The notes beneath the pieces were generated by a model. It searched no databases. It was not told where the DNA came from and saw only the letters and a list, made by a program, of their open reading frames with translations. A stretch of 64,000 nt of DNA, from NCBI GenBank assembly GCA_963736285.1, contig CAVTOA010000003.1, forward strand, positions 80,220 to 144,219, in the 5' to 3' direction. The position numbers and the translations under genes were made by a program. The first letter of the stretch is position 1; every line of letters begins with the position of its first letter. This DNA is from an uncultured Acidimicrobiales bacterium. GTDB taxonomy: Bacteria > Actinomycetota > Actinomycetes > Mycobacteriales > QHCE01. Positions 1 through 10,040 of this stretch are shown here, piece by piece.

Positions 1-395
1 GGACTTAGTAGGTAAGACGCCAATTTACAAGCGGTCCAAGCAGCGCCCAATGCAGAACATGCTCGCTCTCCCCGCCAATGAAAACTCCAGGCGTACGAAC
101 CGAAAGCCCGCGTGCTGGACCCTACATACACGGCTTCGAATATTGAACACATCGCTCGCCACGGAGTAACCATTGGATGAACAATGTTCATCCCTTAGCC
201 GCTTTACGCACTACAAGGTGAGCGCTGATAAAGGGGACGGCTGTCGTATTAGGATTTTTTCGGGCGAAAAACTCGCTCAGACAAAAGAAGTCGGCAGCTA
301 TGACGGAAACACGAACAGCGGCGCGGCACCATCGCCATTCTGGGCGAACGAGCCCGAGCGAAGTGTAATTAGTATCTGGACAGGAGTTCTCTGCG

Positions 396-2759
396 GTGGT
401 GTCGGTCGAAGAGCTAGATCGGTTGTTCGACAACTTCGAGTTGGAATTCATAGATCTTGCCGGAGAAGTTCAGGCAAGCCCAGAAACGCAGCTGCGAGAC
501 TCGAACCAACCTACAATCGGCCACCAATTTTTTCCGGGACATACGGACAAACAGCTGGTGGAGCTCAACCGCACTCTGGTGGGCGTGCTCGCACTTCGCT
601 GGCTTTACTACGACGACCATGAAGCCTTTACCGAATGCCAAAGTGGACGGCACAAACTTACTCGTCCCACATTCAACAAGCTGCGTGACTATACGCGCTC
701 CGTGATTGGCGACGTCACCACCGAGACAGGGCGCGCTCGCTATCAGGCAATGGAGACCCTAGTTGTCATTAATGACCTGGGGAAGATCCAGAAGATAGTC
801 GACGAGGTCCAGCGGCGTTCCGGCACTACTGATGTCGATCACGATCACGTACTGCTCATGGTCTTAGAGCGGTACCCGGAGCTGTCGCAAAGCTTTCAGC
901 GCCTTCCCCAACACTTGCAGGAGCTCATTGTCCGGGGTTTGAGGACCGACTTCAACGTGGCGCAATTCCTCCAAACCGAAAGCGTCGCGGGAAATTTACG
1001 CGGCCTGGAAGGAGTGGACCAGGACACCATTGACTTCTGGATGCTCCACGCACTGGCCGACATCGCTGGTGCCGCAGGTGCGAATGTCCAAAATGGATCA
1101 GCAACAATCGACGAGCTCACTGCTCAAAACTTTCTGCTCGCGGCAGACTGTGTTCGCGACATAGGTCCTAATAACACCATCGATGATGTATACAACGCGT
1201 ACCTACGTGGCAGAGCCCGGCGCTATCGACTGAATATCGATGACCCTGAAGATGGTCCCGTGCAATGGGCTCATGCGCGTCTTTGTTGCATGCTCCGAGT
1301 GCCAGACTTTACCGAATCCGAAGGCTGGGCAAGAGAGCGCATTCAAGTGGCCCATGTCGGACGGGCGCTCAGTCGTCGCCTAAACGATCACGAGAGCCTG
1401 ATACATCGGAAGATCCTGATTAAAGAACTGAAGGAAACGGGCACTGGTGACAGTCACGCAATTTTGCTGTACTACACCCCTGCTTTACTCCAAAAAATAG
1501 TTCAGGCATGCGTCCGCGCTGGGGCACAACCGCAGGACGCCATCGAGACTGCGTTGACAATCCTGGCTAAGGAATATCAGCAAGTGCGGATCGCAAGGCG
1601 CAGCAAAGCCCCTGAAAGTGGCGTCACAACCATCATGACCTCGTCAATCGCAGACGCGGCAGCCACCGACCTCCATCTGGCGACAAGCTACGACCTCAGG
1701 GCTGAGGAAGTCAGCGAGGGCGGCAAACTCTGGCTCGCGCCCCCCGTGCTGATCCGCAGGACAAAACTCCCAGGCGCTGGGCCATTCGCCGACCTTCCCG
1801 GAAAGCGTATTGCCGTCATTGGCACTGGCGAAGGTTTCGATGGCAACCAGGCGGCGATGATCGCCAAACTGCTGTGGCTAAGCGGCAAACAGTGTCCGAG
1901 CGTCATTTCGGTGCGATCGCACTTGACTGGATCGCAGGGCTTGTCTGGCAAGATCGGCGATACGAGGACCATACATAATCACGGTGGACAAATCTGTGAT
2001 GGCACCTATGTCATCACTCCAGAAACTACTGGCTCCAGGCACTTCCTCGAACATATTCCCGCAGCCGAGGTACCGATGCGGCTTGTTATTGCTGCGGAAG
2101 GGGTCAACGGCCTAGCGGCGCAGCTCGAGGAGGTGCTGGAATACGACGGTGGTGTCGACGCAGTCATCACCGTCGACACCGGTGGAGATTCGCTCTACCT
2201 GACGACGTTTGCAGGAGACGACCAGTCGCTCGCTACACCCAGTCAAGATCACCAAACACTTCTCGCGGTGCACCATCTACGCAATGTAAAGGACAAGCTG
2301 AGTTTTATCATCGCCCCCGGTCTGGACGCACCACACGATGCCGAAAAAGTATTACAGGAAGCCCACGCCCGATATCGGGAGTTGGCTCCATACCAAGCCC
2401 GGCTTGTCCTAGAGCAATATAGACAGTGGAAAATGGACGGTTCTGATCCTGAGCGCATTGGGAAGACATGCCTCGGCTGGCAAACAGCCCTCCAATTTCC
2501 CGGGAAAACCGGCCGATACACTCTCCCGCTGCCCGACCATCTCATCCACAGCCGCACTAATCCATGGTCACCATTCATTAACATCACCGACGTCACAGGA
2601 GGCATAGTCGAGATGACAAACACTGACCATCTGGCGGCAATAGGTGCACTCCCACCGCTACCAACACGTAGGAAGGCCTTCAACCCGCTCCGCACCGCAG
2701 CAAGAGCCGCCACCTTCAGGAACGATGTAGGTCACGGTAGCCGCCGGTTCAGATCTTAA
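396..2759 (+). CDS. Hypothetical two-domain protein: N-terminal HD-like helical domain (DUF6829-like) and C-terminal DUF1152-like domain
   Basis: 787-aa ORF with AGGAG RBS at 382-386. Motifs INDLGK...DHD...HALADIAGAAG in the N half; IAVIGTGEGFD and VITVDTGGDSL in the C half. Domain names are recalled, not searched. Confidence 0.6.
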   Translation: MVSVEELDRLFDNFELEFIDLAGEVQASPETQLRDSNQPTIGHQFFPGHTDKQLVELNRTLVGVLALRWLYYDDHEAFTECQSGRHKLTRPTFNKLRDYTRSVIGDVTTETGRARYQAMETLVVINDLGKIQKIVDEVQRRSGTTDVDHDHVLLMVLERYPELSQSFQRLPQHLQELIVRGLRTDFNVAQFLQTESVAGNLRGLEGVDQDTIDFWMLHALADIAGAAGANVQNGSATIDELTAQNFLLAADCVRDIGPNNTIDDVYNAYLRGRARRYRLNIDDPEDGPVQWAHARLCCMLRVPDFTESEGWARERIQVAHVGRALSRRLNDHESLIHRKILIKELKETGTGDSHAILLYYTPALLQKIVQACVRAGAQPQDAIETALTILAKEYQQVRIARRSKAPESGVTTIMTSSIADAAATDLHLATSYDLRAEEVSEGGKLWLAPPVLIRRTKLPGAGPFADLPGKRIAVIGTGEGFDGNQAAMIAKLLWLSGKQCPSVISVRSHLTGSQGLSGKIGDTRTIHNHGGQICDGTYVITPETTGSRHFLEHIPAAEVPMRLVIAAEGVNGLAAQLEEVLEYDGGVDAVITVDTGGDSLYLTTFAGDDQSLATPSQDHQTLLAVHHLRNVKDKLSFIIAPGLDAPHDAEKVLQEAHARYRELAPYQARLVLEQYRQWKMDGSDPERIGKTCLGWQTALQFPGKTGRYTLPLPDHLIHSRTNPWSPFINITDVTGGIVEMTNTDHLAAIGALPPLPTRRKAFNPLRTAARAATFRNDVGHGSRRFRS

Positions 2760-3006
2760 AGCGGCGCATGCTCCATACGAGAAAGCTCGGGTTTTAGCTA
2801 GCAAGATCGAATATCCGCCGTTCGCACTGTTTGTCTCGCGGAGGTAGGTCGAGGTCGACCCCGACGATCTGTCCAAAACCGTCTGCAATAGCAGAGAAAA
2901 GGTCGTCTGATTCCGTAACCGCATTGGTGAGGATAACCCGTATTTCAGCTTCCACAGGGCGCCAATGCCAGCAAGATGTTATGTCCAAGACAATGCCAGT
3001 TATTCG

Positions 3007-3954
3007 CTACGAAGCCGGCGGAGCCGCCTCTATTCCAGCAAACCGGGAGACCGCGATCGCTCCGGCAACAGCCATCATGAATCCCAGCGCCGCCGCCCAG
3101 GCAAAACCAGGCCGAGAACCGTCACCCAACCACACCACGCCAATAACCCCAGGGATGAGCGTCTCCCCCACCACCGTCGCCGCTGCGGCTGCGGTGACAG
3201 CTCCCAGTTGCAACGCCACCGCATAGAGATACACCCCACCCACACCACCGACGCCGATCGCATACAACGCCGGATCCGCGAGAACTTCGCTCAGCCGAAA
3301 CGGGGACAAGCCAAACAGCACCCGCACCCCAATACCCACAATGCCAAAACCCAGCCCACTCAGGAGTCCGGCCACGATCGACCCCCTGGCCTTCAACTTC
3401 CGAGCCGCGAGACCACCAGCGATCACCATAAGTACCGCGACACCCAACAACCACCAGTGTGCGGAGTGCCTACCCCGCACATCGCCCTCTGGTCCCGCAG
3501 CGGCCGCAAGCAAGACCAGGCCTAAGCACACTGCGCTAATCGCCGTCCAATCTCGACGATGCAGCCGCAGATGCAGTAGTCGCATCGCCAGCAAAGCGGT
3601 CACCACCAGATTGGCGCTGATAATGGTCTGACACAAAAACAACGGCAGACCGCGCGCCGCGGTCGCACCCAGCAAAAAGCCCAGTGCGTCCAAGACCATT
3701 CCACATAGGAATTGAGCACTGGTTATGGTCTTAGTGGTGGTGCGGGCAGTGGCGGCGGCCCCCACCGTAGCGCTAGAAGGTGCCACGGAGGCATCCTCAG
3801 ATGATAGTCCACTGTGGACATTCCCTTTCGAGCTTGTCACCGCCGGATTGACGGCATACTCTCCCGCGACATGCCGCGCACCCAGCGCCTGAAGCACCGA
3901 CGCCGAGCCGTAACAAACCGCCGCTCCGGAGGCAGCGAGTAAACCCACGATCAC
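3007..3954 (-). CDS. DMT-superfamily-like integral membrane protein
   Basis: About 9 hydrophobic segments; N-terminal 'LLAASGAAVCYGSASVLQALGAR' and 'LPLFLCQTIISANLVVTALL' are typical of actinobacterial DMT-like proteins. Confidence 0.7.
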   Translation of the reverse strand: MIVGLLAASGAAVCYGSASVLQALGARHVAGEYAVNPAVTSSKGNVHSGLSSEDASVAPSSATVGAAATARTTTKTITSAQFLCGMVLDALGFLLGATAARGLPLFLCQTIISANLVVTALLAMRLLHLRLHRRDWTAISAVCLGLVLLAAAAGPEGDVRGRHSAHWWLLGVAVLMVIAGGLAARKLKARGSIVAGLLSGLGFGIVGIGVRVLFGLSPFRLSEVLADPALYAIGVGGVGGVYLYAVALQLGAVTAAAAATVVGETLIPGVIGVVWLGDGSRPGFAWAAALGFMMAVAGAIAVSRFAGIEAAPPAS

Positions 3955-4054
3955 GTCATTGCCCTCGCTCGCTCACGGGGTCTGTGGTCTACCCCCTGCT
4001 CCTTTGCACGCGGGACAACCCTACCCACCTCTCTTTTGGTGCGAGCCCCCATGT

Positions 4055-4113
4055 GGTTTTTGCGGATTGCCCGCGATATTTGACACAAATATCGCGGGCA
4101 ATCCGCAAAAACC
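4055..4113. repeat. Perfect 28-bp inverted repeat (palindromic element copy 1); may also terminate the 4138..5502 gene
   Basis: GGTTTTTGCGGATTGCCCGCGATATTTG-aca-CAAATATCGCGGGCAATCCGCAAAAACC; a related copy lies at 58431-58485. Confidence 0.85.
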
Positions 4114-4137
4114 TAGTAGATGGAAGGAGGTGGCGGC

Positions 4138-5502
4138 TTACCGAAGGTCCAGGTTCTTCAGCGCGTCTTCGATCGCACGGTGGAAGGTGGGGTAGGCGTA
4201 TATCATGTGTCGCAGCTTGGAGATGGGGACCTCGCCGTGCACGGCCACCGCTAGGCCAGCCAGTACCTCTCCCCCGTTTGGCCCGGCTGAGGTGGCGCCT
4301 ATCAGCAAACCGCGATCAACGTCAGCAACGAGTTTGATGAAGCCTTCGTTGCCCGCCTTGTGAATCCAACCACGGCTGGAACTAGGAATCCGCGTCTGTC
4401 CTATCATGACGTTGATGCCGTGGTCGCGCGCGGATTGTTCTGTCATGCCCACCGCACCGATCTCTGGGTCGGTAAAGGTGACTCGCGGCAATGCGCGGTA
4501 GTCGGCGGGCGGGCCGTCCTGGTCGAGGATGTCACGCACCACAATGCCAGCCTGATACATGGCTACGTGGGTGAAGGCACCGTGACCAGTAACGTCACCC
4601 ACGGCCCACAGTCGATCGCCAGCTCGTAGCTGGTCGTCAGCAGCCAATACCTTGGCGTTCGGGTCAAGTCCTACGTTTTCCACACCCAGCCCGGCGAGGT
4701 TCACCCGACGCCCGGTGGCCACCAGCAACCGATCAGCCACCAACGGTGCGGACTGACCAATATGGACGATGAATTGTCCGTCGGAAAAGTTCACCCGTTC
4801 CGCTCGGCAACTGGTGAGAATGTCCACGCCTTCCGATTCCAACGCCCTCTGCGCAAGCGCCGACGACTCTGGCTCTTCGGTCGCAAGCACTCGATCGGAG
4901 GCCTCCACAATGGTCACCTGCACGCCAAAGCGCGCAAACGCCTGCGCCAGCTCGAGTCCGATCGCCCCGCCACCCAACACCACCAGGGAATGCGGCAGGT
5001 ATTCCATCTCGATGGCTTGGCGACTCGTCCAATAAGGAGTATTAGCCAATCCGGCGACCGGTGGAATAGTTGGCTCGGTGCCAGTTCCTAGCACAATCGC
5101 TCGACGAGCCTCAAAAACCTGGTCACCCACCCGCACTCGGTCTCCGCCAAGCAGCTGGCCGCGGCCACGAACAAACACGCCACCTTTGCCGGTAAACCGA
5201 TCGACCGCGGACCGGTCGCTCCAATTATCTGTGGCTTCGTTCCGAATACGCCGCGCCACCAGCGTCCAATCTGGAGCAGCATCGGCCTTGCCCGCCATGC
5301 CGTCGATGCGGCGCGCCTCGGCCAAGAGATTACCGGCGCGAATCATCATCTTGCTGGGAACACAGCCCCAATACGGACACTCGCCACCGACCAGGCGTGA
5401 CTCGATCCCCACCACCGAAAGGCCCGCTTCAGCCAGACGACCGGCGACTTCCTCGCCGCCGACACCCATTCCGACCACGACGACATCTACCTGCTCGGTC
5501 AC
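4138..5502 (-). CDS. Pyridine nucleotide-disulfide oxidoreductase (dihydrolipoamide dehydrogenase-like)
   Basis: GMGVGG FAD motif, redox-active GGECPYWGCVPSK, GGGAIG NAD motif, C-terminal YAYPTF. Confidence 0.92.
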   Translation of the reverse strand: MTEQVDVVVVGMGVGGEEVAGRLAEAGLSVVGIESRLVGGECPYWGCVPSKMMIRAGNLLAEARRIDGMAGKADAAPDWTLVARRIRNEATDNWSDRSAVDRFTGKGGVFVRGRGQLLGGDRVRVGDQVFEARRAIVLGTGTEPTIPPVAGLANTPYWTSRQAIEMEYLPHSLVVLGGGAIGLELAQAFARFGVQVTIVEASDRVLATEEPESSALAQRALESEGVDILTSCRAERVNFSDGQFIVHIGQSAPLVADRLLVATGRRVNLAGLGVENVGLDPNAKVLAADDQLRAGDRLWAVGDVTGHGAFTHVAMYQAGIVVRDILDQDGPPADYRALPRVTFTDPEIGAVGMTEQSARDHGINVMIGQTRIPSSSRGWIHKAGNEGFIKLVADVDRGLLIGATSAGPNGGEVLAGLAVAVHGEVPISKLRHMIYAYPTFHRAIEDALKNLDLR

Positions 5503-5708
5503 CGGTGAACTCCTTGCTGATCGGGCATTCAGGAGGCGCCCACAGCTACGCCTTATTGAACGGACCTACCCATATTTCGGAGCGTCTATCACTTCTCGCC
5601 GCTTCCGAGGACCGGAGCGAACCACACGGCACGCGTCACGAAGAGCGCATCTGGGTACGCCTACAAGAGGACGTGAGCCGGCAATCACCTCCACGTCAAG
5701 GGGGTCAC

Positions 5709-5957
5709 ATGAAGGAAACCGAAATCCTCACCTCCATCAACGATTTGATGGCCGAAGAACGGGAGCTCCGCGAGCGGGAGGTGGGCGAAGATCCCAAGGC
5801 CGTTTCAGAGGAACACTCTCGGCTACGCGTGGTGGAGCAGCAGCTGGACCAATGCTGGGATCTACTGCGGCAGCGTCGTGCCAAGAAAGAGTTCGGTGAG
5901 GACCCTGAGACAGCGCGCTCGCGCCCGATCAACGAGGTTGAGTCCTACCTACAGTGA
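5709..5957 (+). CDS. DUF2630 family protein
   Basis: 82 aa from ATG 5709; contains the family-typical 'LDQCWDLLRQRRA...RPINEVESYLQ'. Confidence 0.85.
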   Translation: MKETEILTSINDLMAEERELREREVGEDPKAVSEEHSRLRVVEQQLDQCWDLLRQRRAKKEFGEDPETARSRPINEVESYLQ

Positions 5958-6575
5958 CTAGCTACCCAGGCCCTTTTTCAATGCTGACGCAATGGATATG
6001 ACCCGTCGGCTCTGGAAACGCATGGCCGCGAGCTGCGTTTCACCGGGTGCCACCGCGCCATTCCGCGACGTGTGGCTCGTCCCGTATGGGTTGCCCGCCT
6101 CGAACTGGATCGGGTCCGCATAGCCAGGAGGAACGATAATCGCGCCCCAGTGATAGAAGGTGTTGTTCAGAGCGAGAATAGTGGTTTCTTGCCCACCGTG
6201 CGCTGTCGACGTGGACGTAAAAGACGAAGCGACCTTGTTCACCAATTTGCCCTGTGCCCACAGTGGGCCAGTGGTATCGATGAATTGCTTGAATTGCGCT
6301 GTCGGCAAGCCATACCGGGTCGGTGATCCGAACAAGAGCGCATCCGCCCATTCGAGATCGTCCAATGTGGCCTCAGGAATCTGCTGTGTCTTGCGACGAT
6401 GCTCTTTCCACCCTTCGTTGGCGGCGACGGCCTCGTCAGGGGCGAGCTCGTGAACCTTGCGCAGCCGAACCTGAGCTCCGGCATCCTCCGCCGCTTTCGC
6501 CGCGGCGTCAGCAAGTGTGAACACAATGCCCGTCGCCGAGTAATAGATAACGGCGAGTTTGACGTGTTCAGTCAT
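5958..6575 (-). CDS. wrbA: NAD(P)H:quinone oxidoreductase, WrbA family
   Basis: Motifs IYYSATG, FGSPTRYG, TAHGGQETT and GNPYG; start set at MTEHVK. Confidence 0.9.
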   Translation of the reverse strand: MTEHVKLAVIYYSATGIVFTLADAAAKAAEDAGAQVRLRKVHELAPDEAVAANEGWKEHRRKTQQIPEATLDDLEWADALLFGSPTRYGLPTAQFKQFIDTTGPLWAQGKLVNKVASSFTSTSTAHGGQETTILALNNTFYHWGAIIVPPGYADPIQFEAGNPYGTSHTSRNGAVAPGETQLAAMRFQSRRVISIASALKKGLGS

Positions 6576-6748
6576 GGGTGCTCCTTCCGGGAGTAGTTGA
6601 AGCTTCATCCATTGTATGCCTTTCTATGCCGCCACATGGCTTCCGCTGAAACATACACAGCTCGAAGGGGGCACTGCGTATGCGAAGGCTCACGCGTAGG
6701 CGCACTTAAGGATTAGCCAGTCCAAAAAAGGCTATAGATAAATAAAGC

Positions 6749-8869
6749 GTGTTTCTCGCCCACGCACAGGTCCGGATGCTGATGGGAGAAATGCTGATGG
6801 CCAAGCTCCACCCAGACTCGCCACGGCCGTCGGGCGCCATCCACCTCCGGGGCCTGTCGGCATCACCCGGCATTGCCATCGGAGCCGTCGTGCGGTGGCA
6901 GAGTCACGAGCTACGAGCTGGCGAGCAACACGTCAGTGGTGACCAGCGCCAGGAGCAGTCCGACCACGTTGATCACGCATTCACCGCCACTCGCATCGAG
7001 TTGACCAAGCTCCGCGACGAAACCTCCGCAGAAGACGCTCGAGACATACTCAACGCACACCTAAGCATGTTGGCTGACCCAGAATTGCTGGCGCGGATCC
7101 ATCAGCGGGCGCAGACGATCGGTGCGACAGGCGCGGTCGACGACGCTCTGGAAGACCAGATACGTGCTCTCACCAATACCGGCAGCGAACGGATCATGGG
7201 CCGCGCGGCAGATCTACGCGACGTTCGAACTCGACTACTCCGGCATCTTGGTGTGAGCGACGGTGCCGAGGGCAACCATTCGTTGACCGAGCAATCGGTG
7301 ATCGTCGCCGACGATCTCACTCCGTCAGAAACCATTGGCCTGGATCCGCAATATCTACGCGGGTTTGTGCTCACGGGTGGGGGGGCAACCGCACACACCA
7401 CCATCGTCGCTCGGTCGCTCGGCATTCCCGCAGTCATCAAAGTGGACGGCACGGACAAGCTAACGGCGGGTTCAACGGTAATCGTCGACGGTGACGCGGG
7501 AGAGGTGACCGGTGATCCCACCGAGGCCGAACTCAACCAGGCACGCAAGCGCCTCGAGGAACACGGTGCCAAGCGGGCCGCGGCAGCGGGCGAACGGGCG
7601 TTCGCCACCCTCAGCGACGGAACCCGCGTGCGTCTTTCCGCCAACATCGGCTCCGACGTAGAAGCGGCTAGGGCAACAACGCACGGCGCGGGGTCGGTGG
7701 GTCTCCTCCGTACCGAACTGGTGTTTTTCGCCCACAGCGCTCATGGACTCCCCAACGAAGACACTCAGTACCAGATATATCGCGGAGCGGTTGAAGCCCT
7801 GCAAGGCGGCCGCGTCACTATCCGTCTGCTCGACGTAGGTGGGGACAAGCCTCTGCCACCGCTCACCATCGAAGACGCCAACCCAATGCTGGGTCTACGC
7901 GGAATAAGACTGCTCCTGGCTCACCGAGACGTGCTCCGAACCCAGCTGCGAGCCATCGCGCGCGCGGCGTCCCACGGCCCGGTGTGGATCTCCGTGCCCA
8001 TGGTCAGTACCGCGAGCGAGATGACAGAGGTGCGCGCCGAGCTTGCCGACGTCTATGCGGCTCTTGAGAGAGAACACGCCGCACATGGTCCAGTCAAGGT
8101 GGGGGTCATGCTGGAGACTCCGGCGGCCGTCTACCTCGCGCCCGAACTGGCCGCAAACTCTGACTTCTTCTCTGTCGGCACTAACGATCTGTTGCAATAC
8201 TTGATCGCCGCCGATCGAGACAATGTGAACGTTGCCGACCTGCTTGACCCCCTCCACCCGGCATTACTTCGAGCCCTACGCACGACTGTGGAGAGCGCGC
8301 ACCGGGCGCAGATCACCGTTAGCGTGTGTGGCGAAGCCGCGTCTAGGGCAGACGTCCGAAGGCTGTTGGTGGGTCTTGGGGTCGACGAATTGTCGATGGC
8401 GTCGACTTCGCTGGCCGAGGTAGCTGACGACCTAGGGCATGCCGATCGATCCACGCTCATGACGCTGGCGGAGCGAGCCTGTGCGGCTCCCGACGCCGAT
8501 GCGGTACGGGCGATACTCTCCGGCGCCCCCAGCTCCGGAGAGAGCGAGCAAGCGCCAGCGCAAGCCGAGACACTCCGCATTGAGCACCTCGATGACGGCG
8601 GATTCGCGATCGTGGTCACCATCGCCGATCCAGAAGGGCTGCATGCTCGACCCGCCAACACTTTCGCCGCCGCGGCACAGAAATTTGACGCCGACATTGC
8701 CGTGACCGGCAACAGCCGAACCGCCAACGCCAAAGCACTTCTGTCCCTGCTCTCTCTTGGTGCGGACGAGGGAGCCACCGTGCGCATCGAAGCGCATGGC
8801 GCACAAGCAGAAGAAGCGGTCACGGCATTGAGCGAACGCCTGACACTCCGATTTGGACCGACAAACTAA
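6749..8869 (+). CDS. PTS enzyme I (PEP-protein phosphotransferase) with a C-terminal HPr domain
   Basis: GGATAHTTIVARSLGIPA (phospho-His), GLLRTE, NPMLGLRGIR, FFSVGTNDL, VCGE; C-terminal GLHARPA HPr motif. Start uncertain. Confidence 0.9.
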   Translation: MFLAHAQVRMLMGEMLMAKLHPDSPRPSGAIHLRGLSASPGIAIGAVVRWQSHELRAGEQHVSGDQRQEQSDHVDHAFTATRIELTKLRDETSAEDARDILNAHLSMLADPELLARIHQRAQTIGATGAVDDALEDQIRALTNTGSERIMGRAADLRDVRTRLLRHLGVSDGAEGNHSLTEQSVIVADDLTPSETIGLDPQYLRGFVLTGGGATAHTTIVARSLGIPAVIKVDGTDKLTAGSTVIVDGDAGEVTGDPTEAELNQARKRLEEHGAKRAAAAGERAFATLSDGTRVRLSANIGSDVEAARATTHGAGSVGLLRTELVFFAHSAHGLPNEDTQYQIYRGAVEALQGGRVTIRLLDVGGDKPLPPLTIEDANPMLGLRGIRLLLAHRDVLRTQLRAIARAASHGPVWISVPMVSTASEMTEVRAELADVYAALEREHAAHGPVKVGVMLETPAAVYLAPELAANSDFFSVGTNDLLQYLIAADRDNVNVADLLDPLHPALLRALRTTVESAHRAQITVSVCGEAASRADVRRLLVGLGVDELSMASTSLAEVADDLGHADRSTLMTLAERACAAPDADAVRAILSGAPSSGESEQAPAQAETLRIEHLDDGGFAIVVTIADPEGLHARPANTFAAAAQKFDADIAVTGNSRTANAKALLSLLSLGADEGATVRIEAHGAQAEEAVTALSERLTLRFGPTN

Positions 8870-9041
8870 GACGCGGAGGACGCGAATCTGACCACATCGG
8901 GGAGGCACTCAGCACACCCCCCTGCTACACCCCGACCCCCTGTGCACAAGTTGGCAACAGATTGGTCGCTTCTCGTAGCCTCGAGCAAAACCCCTGCACA
9001 TCACCCGCGTAGGCTCGGCACCACATTGGAGAGGAGACGGG

Positions 9042-10040
9042 ATGCAACAGGGGTTTCCGCCCGGTTCACCACCGGGCCCAGGCTATGGCGCGCCGCATGG
9101 CGGCCCTCCGGGATACGGCCAAGGGATTAACCCGATGGCACAAGTACCGGGTCGGATAGTGGTTGCGGGGCTCAGCAAACAATTCAAAAATGTGCGCGCC
9201 GTCGACAACTTGTCGTTCACGGTAGAGCCAGGAACCGTCACCGGCTTCTTGGGACCAAACGGCGCTGGCAAGACCACCACGCTGCGGATGCTGCTCGGGC
9301 TGGTGGCGCCCAGCGCTGGCATCGCGACCATAGGCGGGCAGATCTATCACGACCTACAGAGCCCGCTGCGGGTCGTAGGTGCCTCGTTGGAGGCATCGAG
9401 CTTCCACCTGGCTCGCACTGGCCGTAACCATCTGCGAATCTTGTGTGCGGCGGCAGATATTCCGGTGTATCGGGCCGACCAAGTGCTCGAAATGGTGGGG
9501 ATGACCCCAGCCGCGCACCGCAAGGTCAAGACCTACTCGATGGGCATGAAGCAGCGCCTAGCGCTGGCCACCGCGATGCTCGCTGACCCCCAAGTTCTTC
9601 TTCTCGATGAGCCCACCAACGGCCTCGACCCCGAAGGAATTCGCTGGATTCGTGGATTCCTCCGCGGCCTCGCGAATCAAGGCCGAACAATTCTGGTCTC
9701 GAGCCACCTTTTGGCCGAAGTCGCCCAGACAGTCGACGACGTTGTGATCATCGCGCAGGGGCGCAGCATCCGTCAGGGCAAGGTCGCCGATCTCGTAGCC
9801 GAGTCACGGGTCTCGGCCAAGGTGCGCACGCAACACATAGACCAGCTCATGCAGGCCCTCGGTGCGGCACAGGTCCGACGCACCGGGCCAGACGAGCTCT
9901 ACGTCGACGGCAAAGACTCCAAGGAGGTCGGTCGTATCGCGCACCAGGCAGGCATTGAACTGGACGAGCTGACCACGGTCCGAGCAGATCTCGAAGAGAT
10001 CTTCCTTCAGCTCACTCGGGGAGGTGCGGGTATCCGATGA
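9042..10040 (+). CDS. ABC transporter ATP-binding protein
   Basis: GPNGAGKTT, YSMGMKQR, LLLDEPTNGLD. Confidence 0.93.
   Translation: MQQGFPPGSPPGPGYGAPHGGPPGYGQGINPMAQVPGRIVVAGLSKQFKNVRAVDNLSFTVEPGTVTGFLGPNGAGKTTTLRMLLGLVAPSAGIATIGGQIYHDLQSPLRVVGASLEASSFHLARTGRNHLRILCAAADIPVYRADQVLEMVGMTPAAHRKVKTYSMGMKQRLALATAMLADPQVLLLDEPTNGLDPEGIRWIRGFLRGLANQGRTILVSSHLLAEVAQTVDDVVIIAQGRSIRQGKVADLVAESRVSAKVRTQHIDQLMQALGAAQVRRTGPDELYVDGKDSKEVGRIAHQAGIELDELTTVRADLEEIFLQLTRGGAGIR

Noticed and set aside
173-622. 149-aa ORF overlapping the start of the 787-aa gene
   Set aside because: No recognisable motif; it overlaps a longer ORF that has a good RBS.
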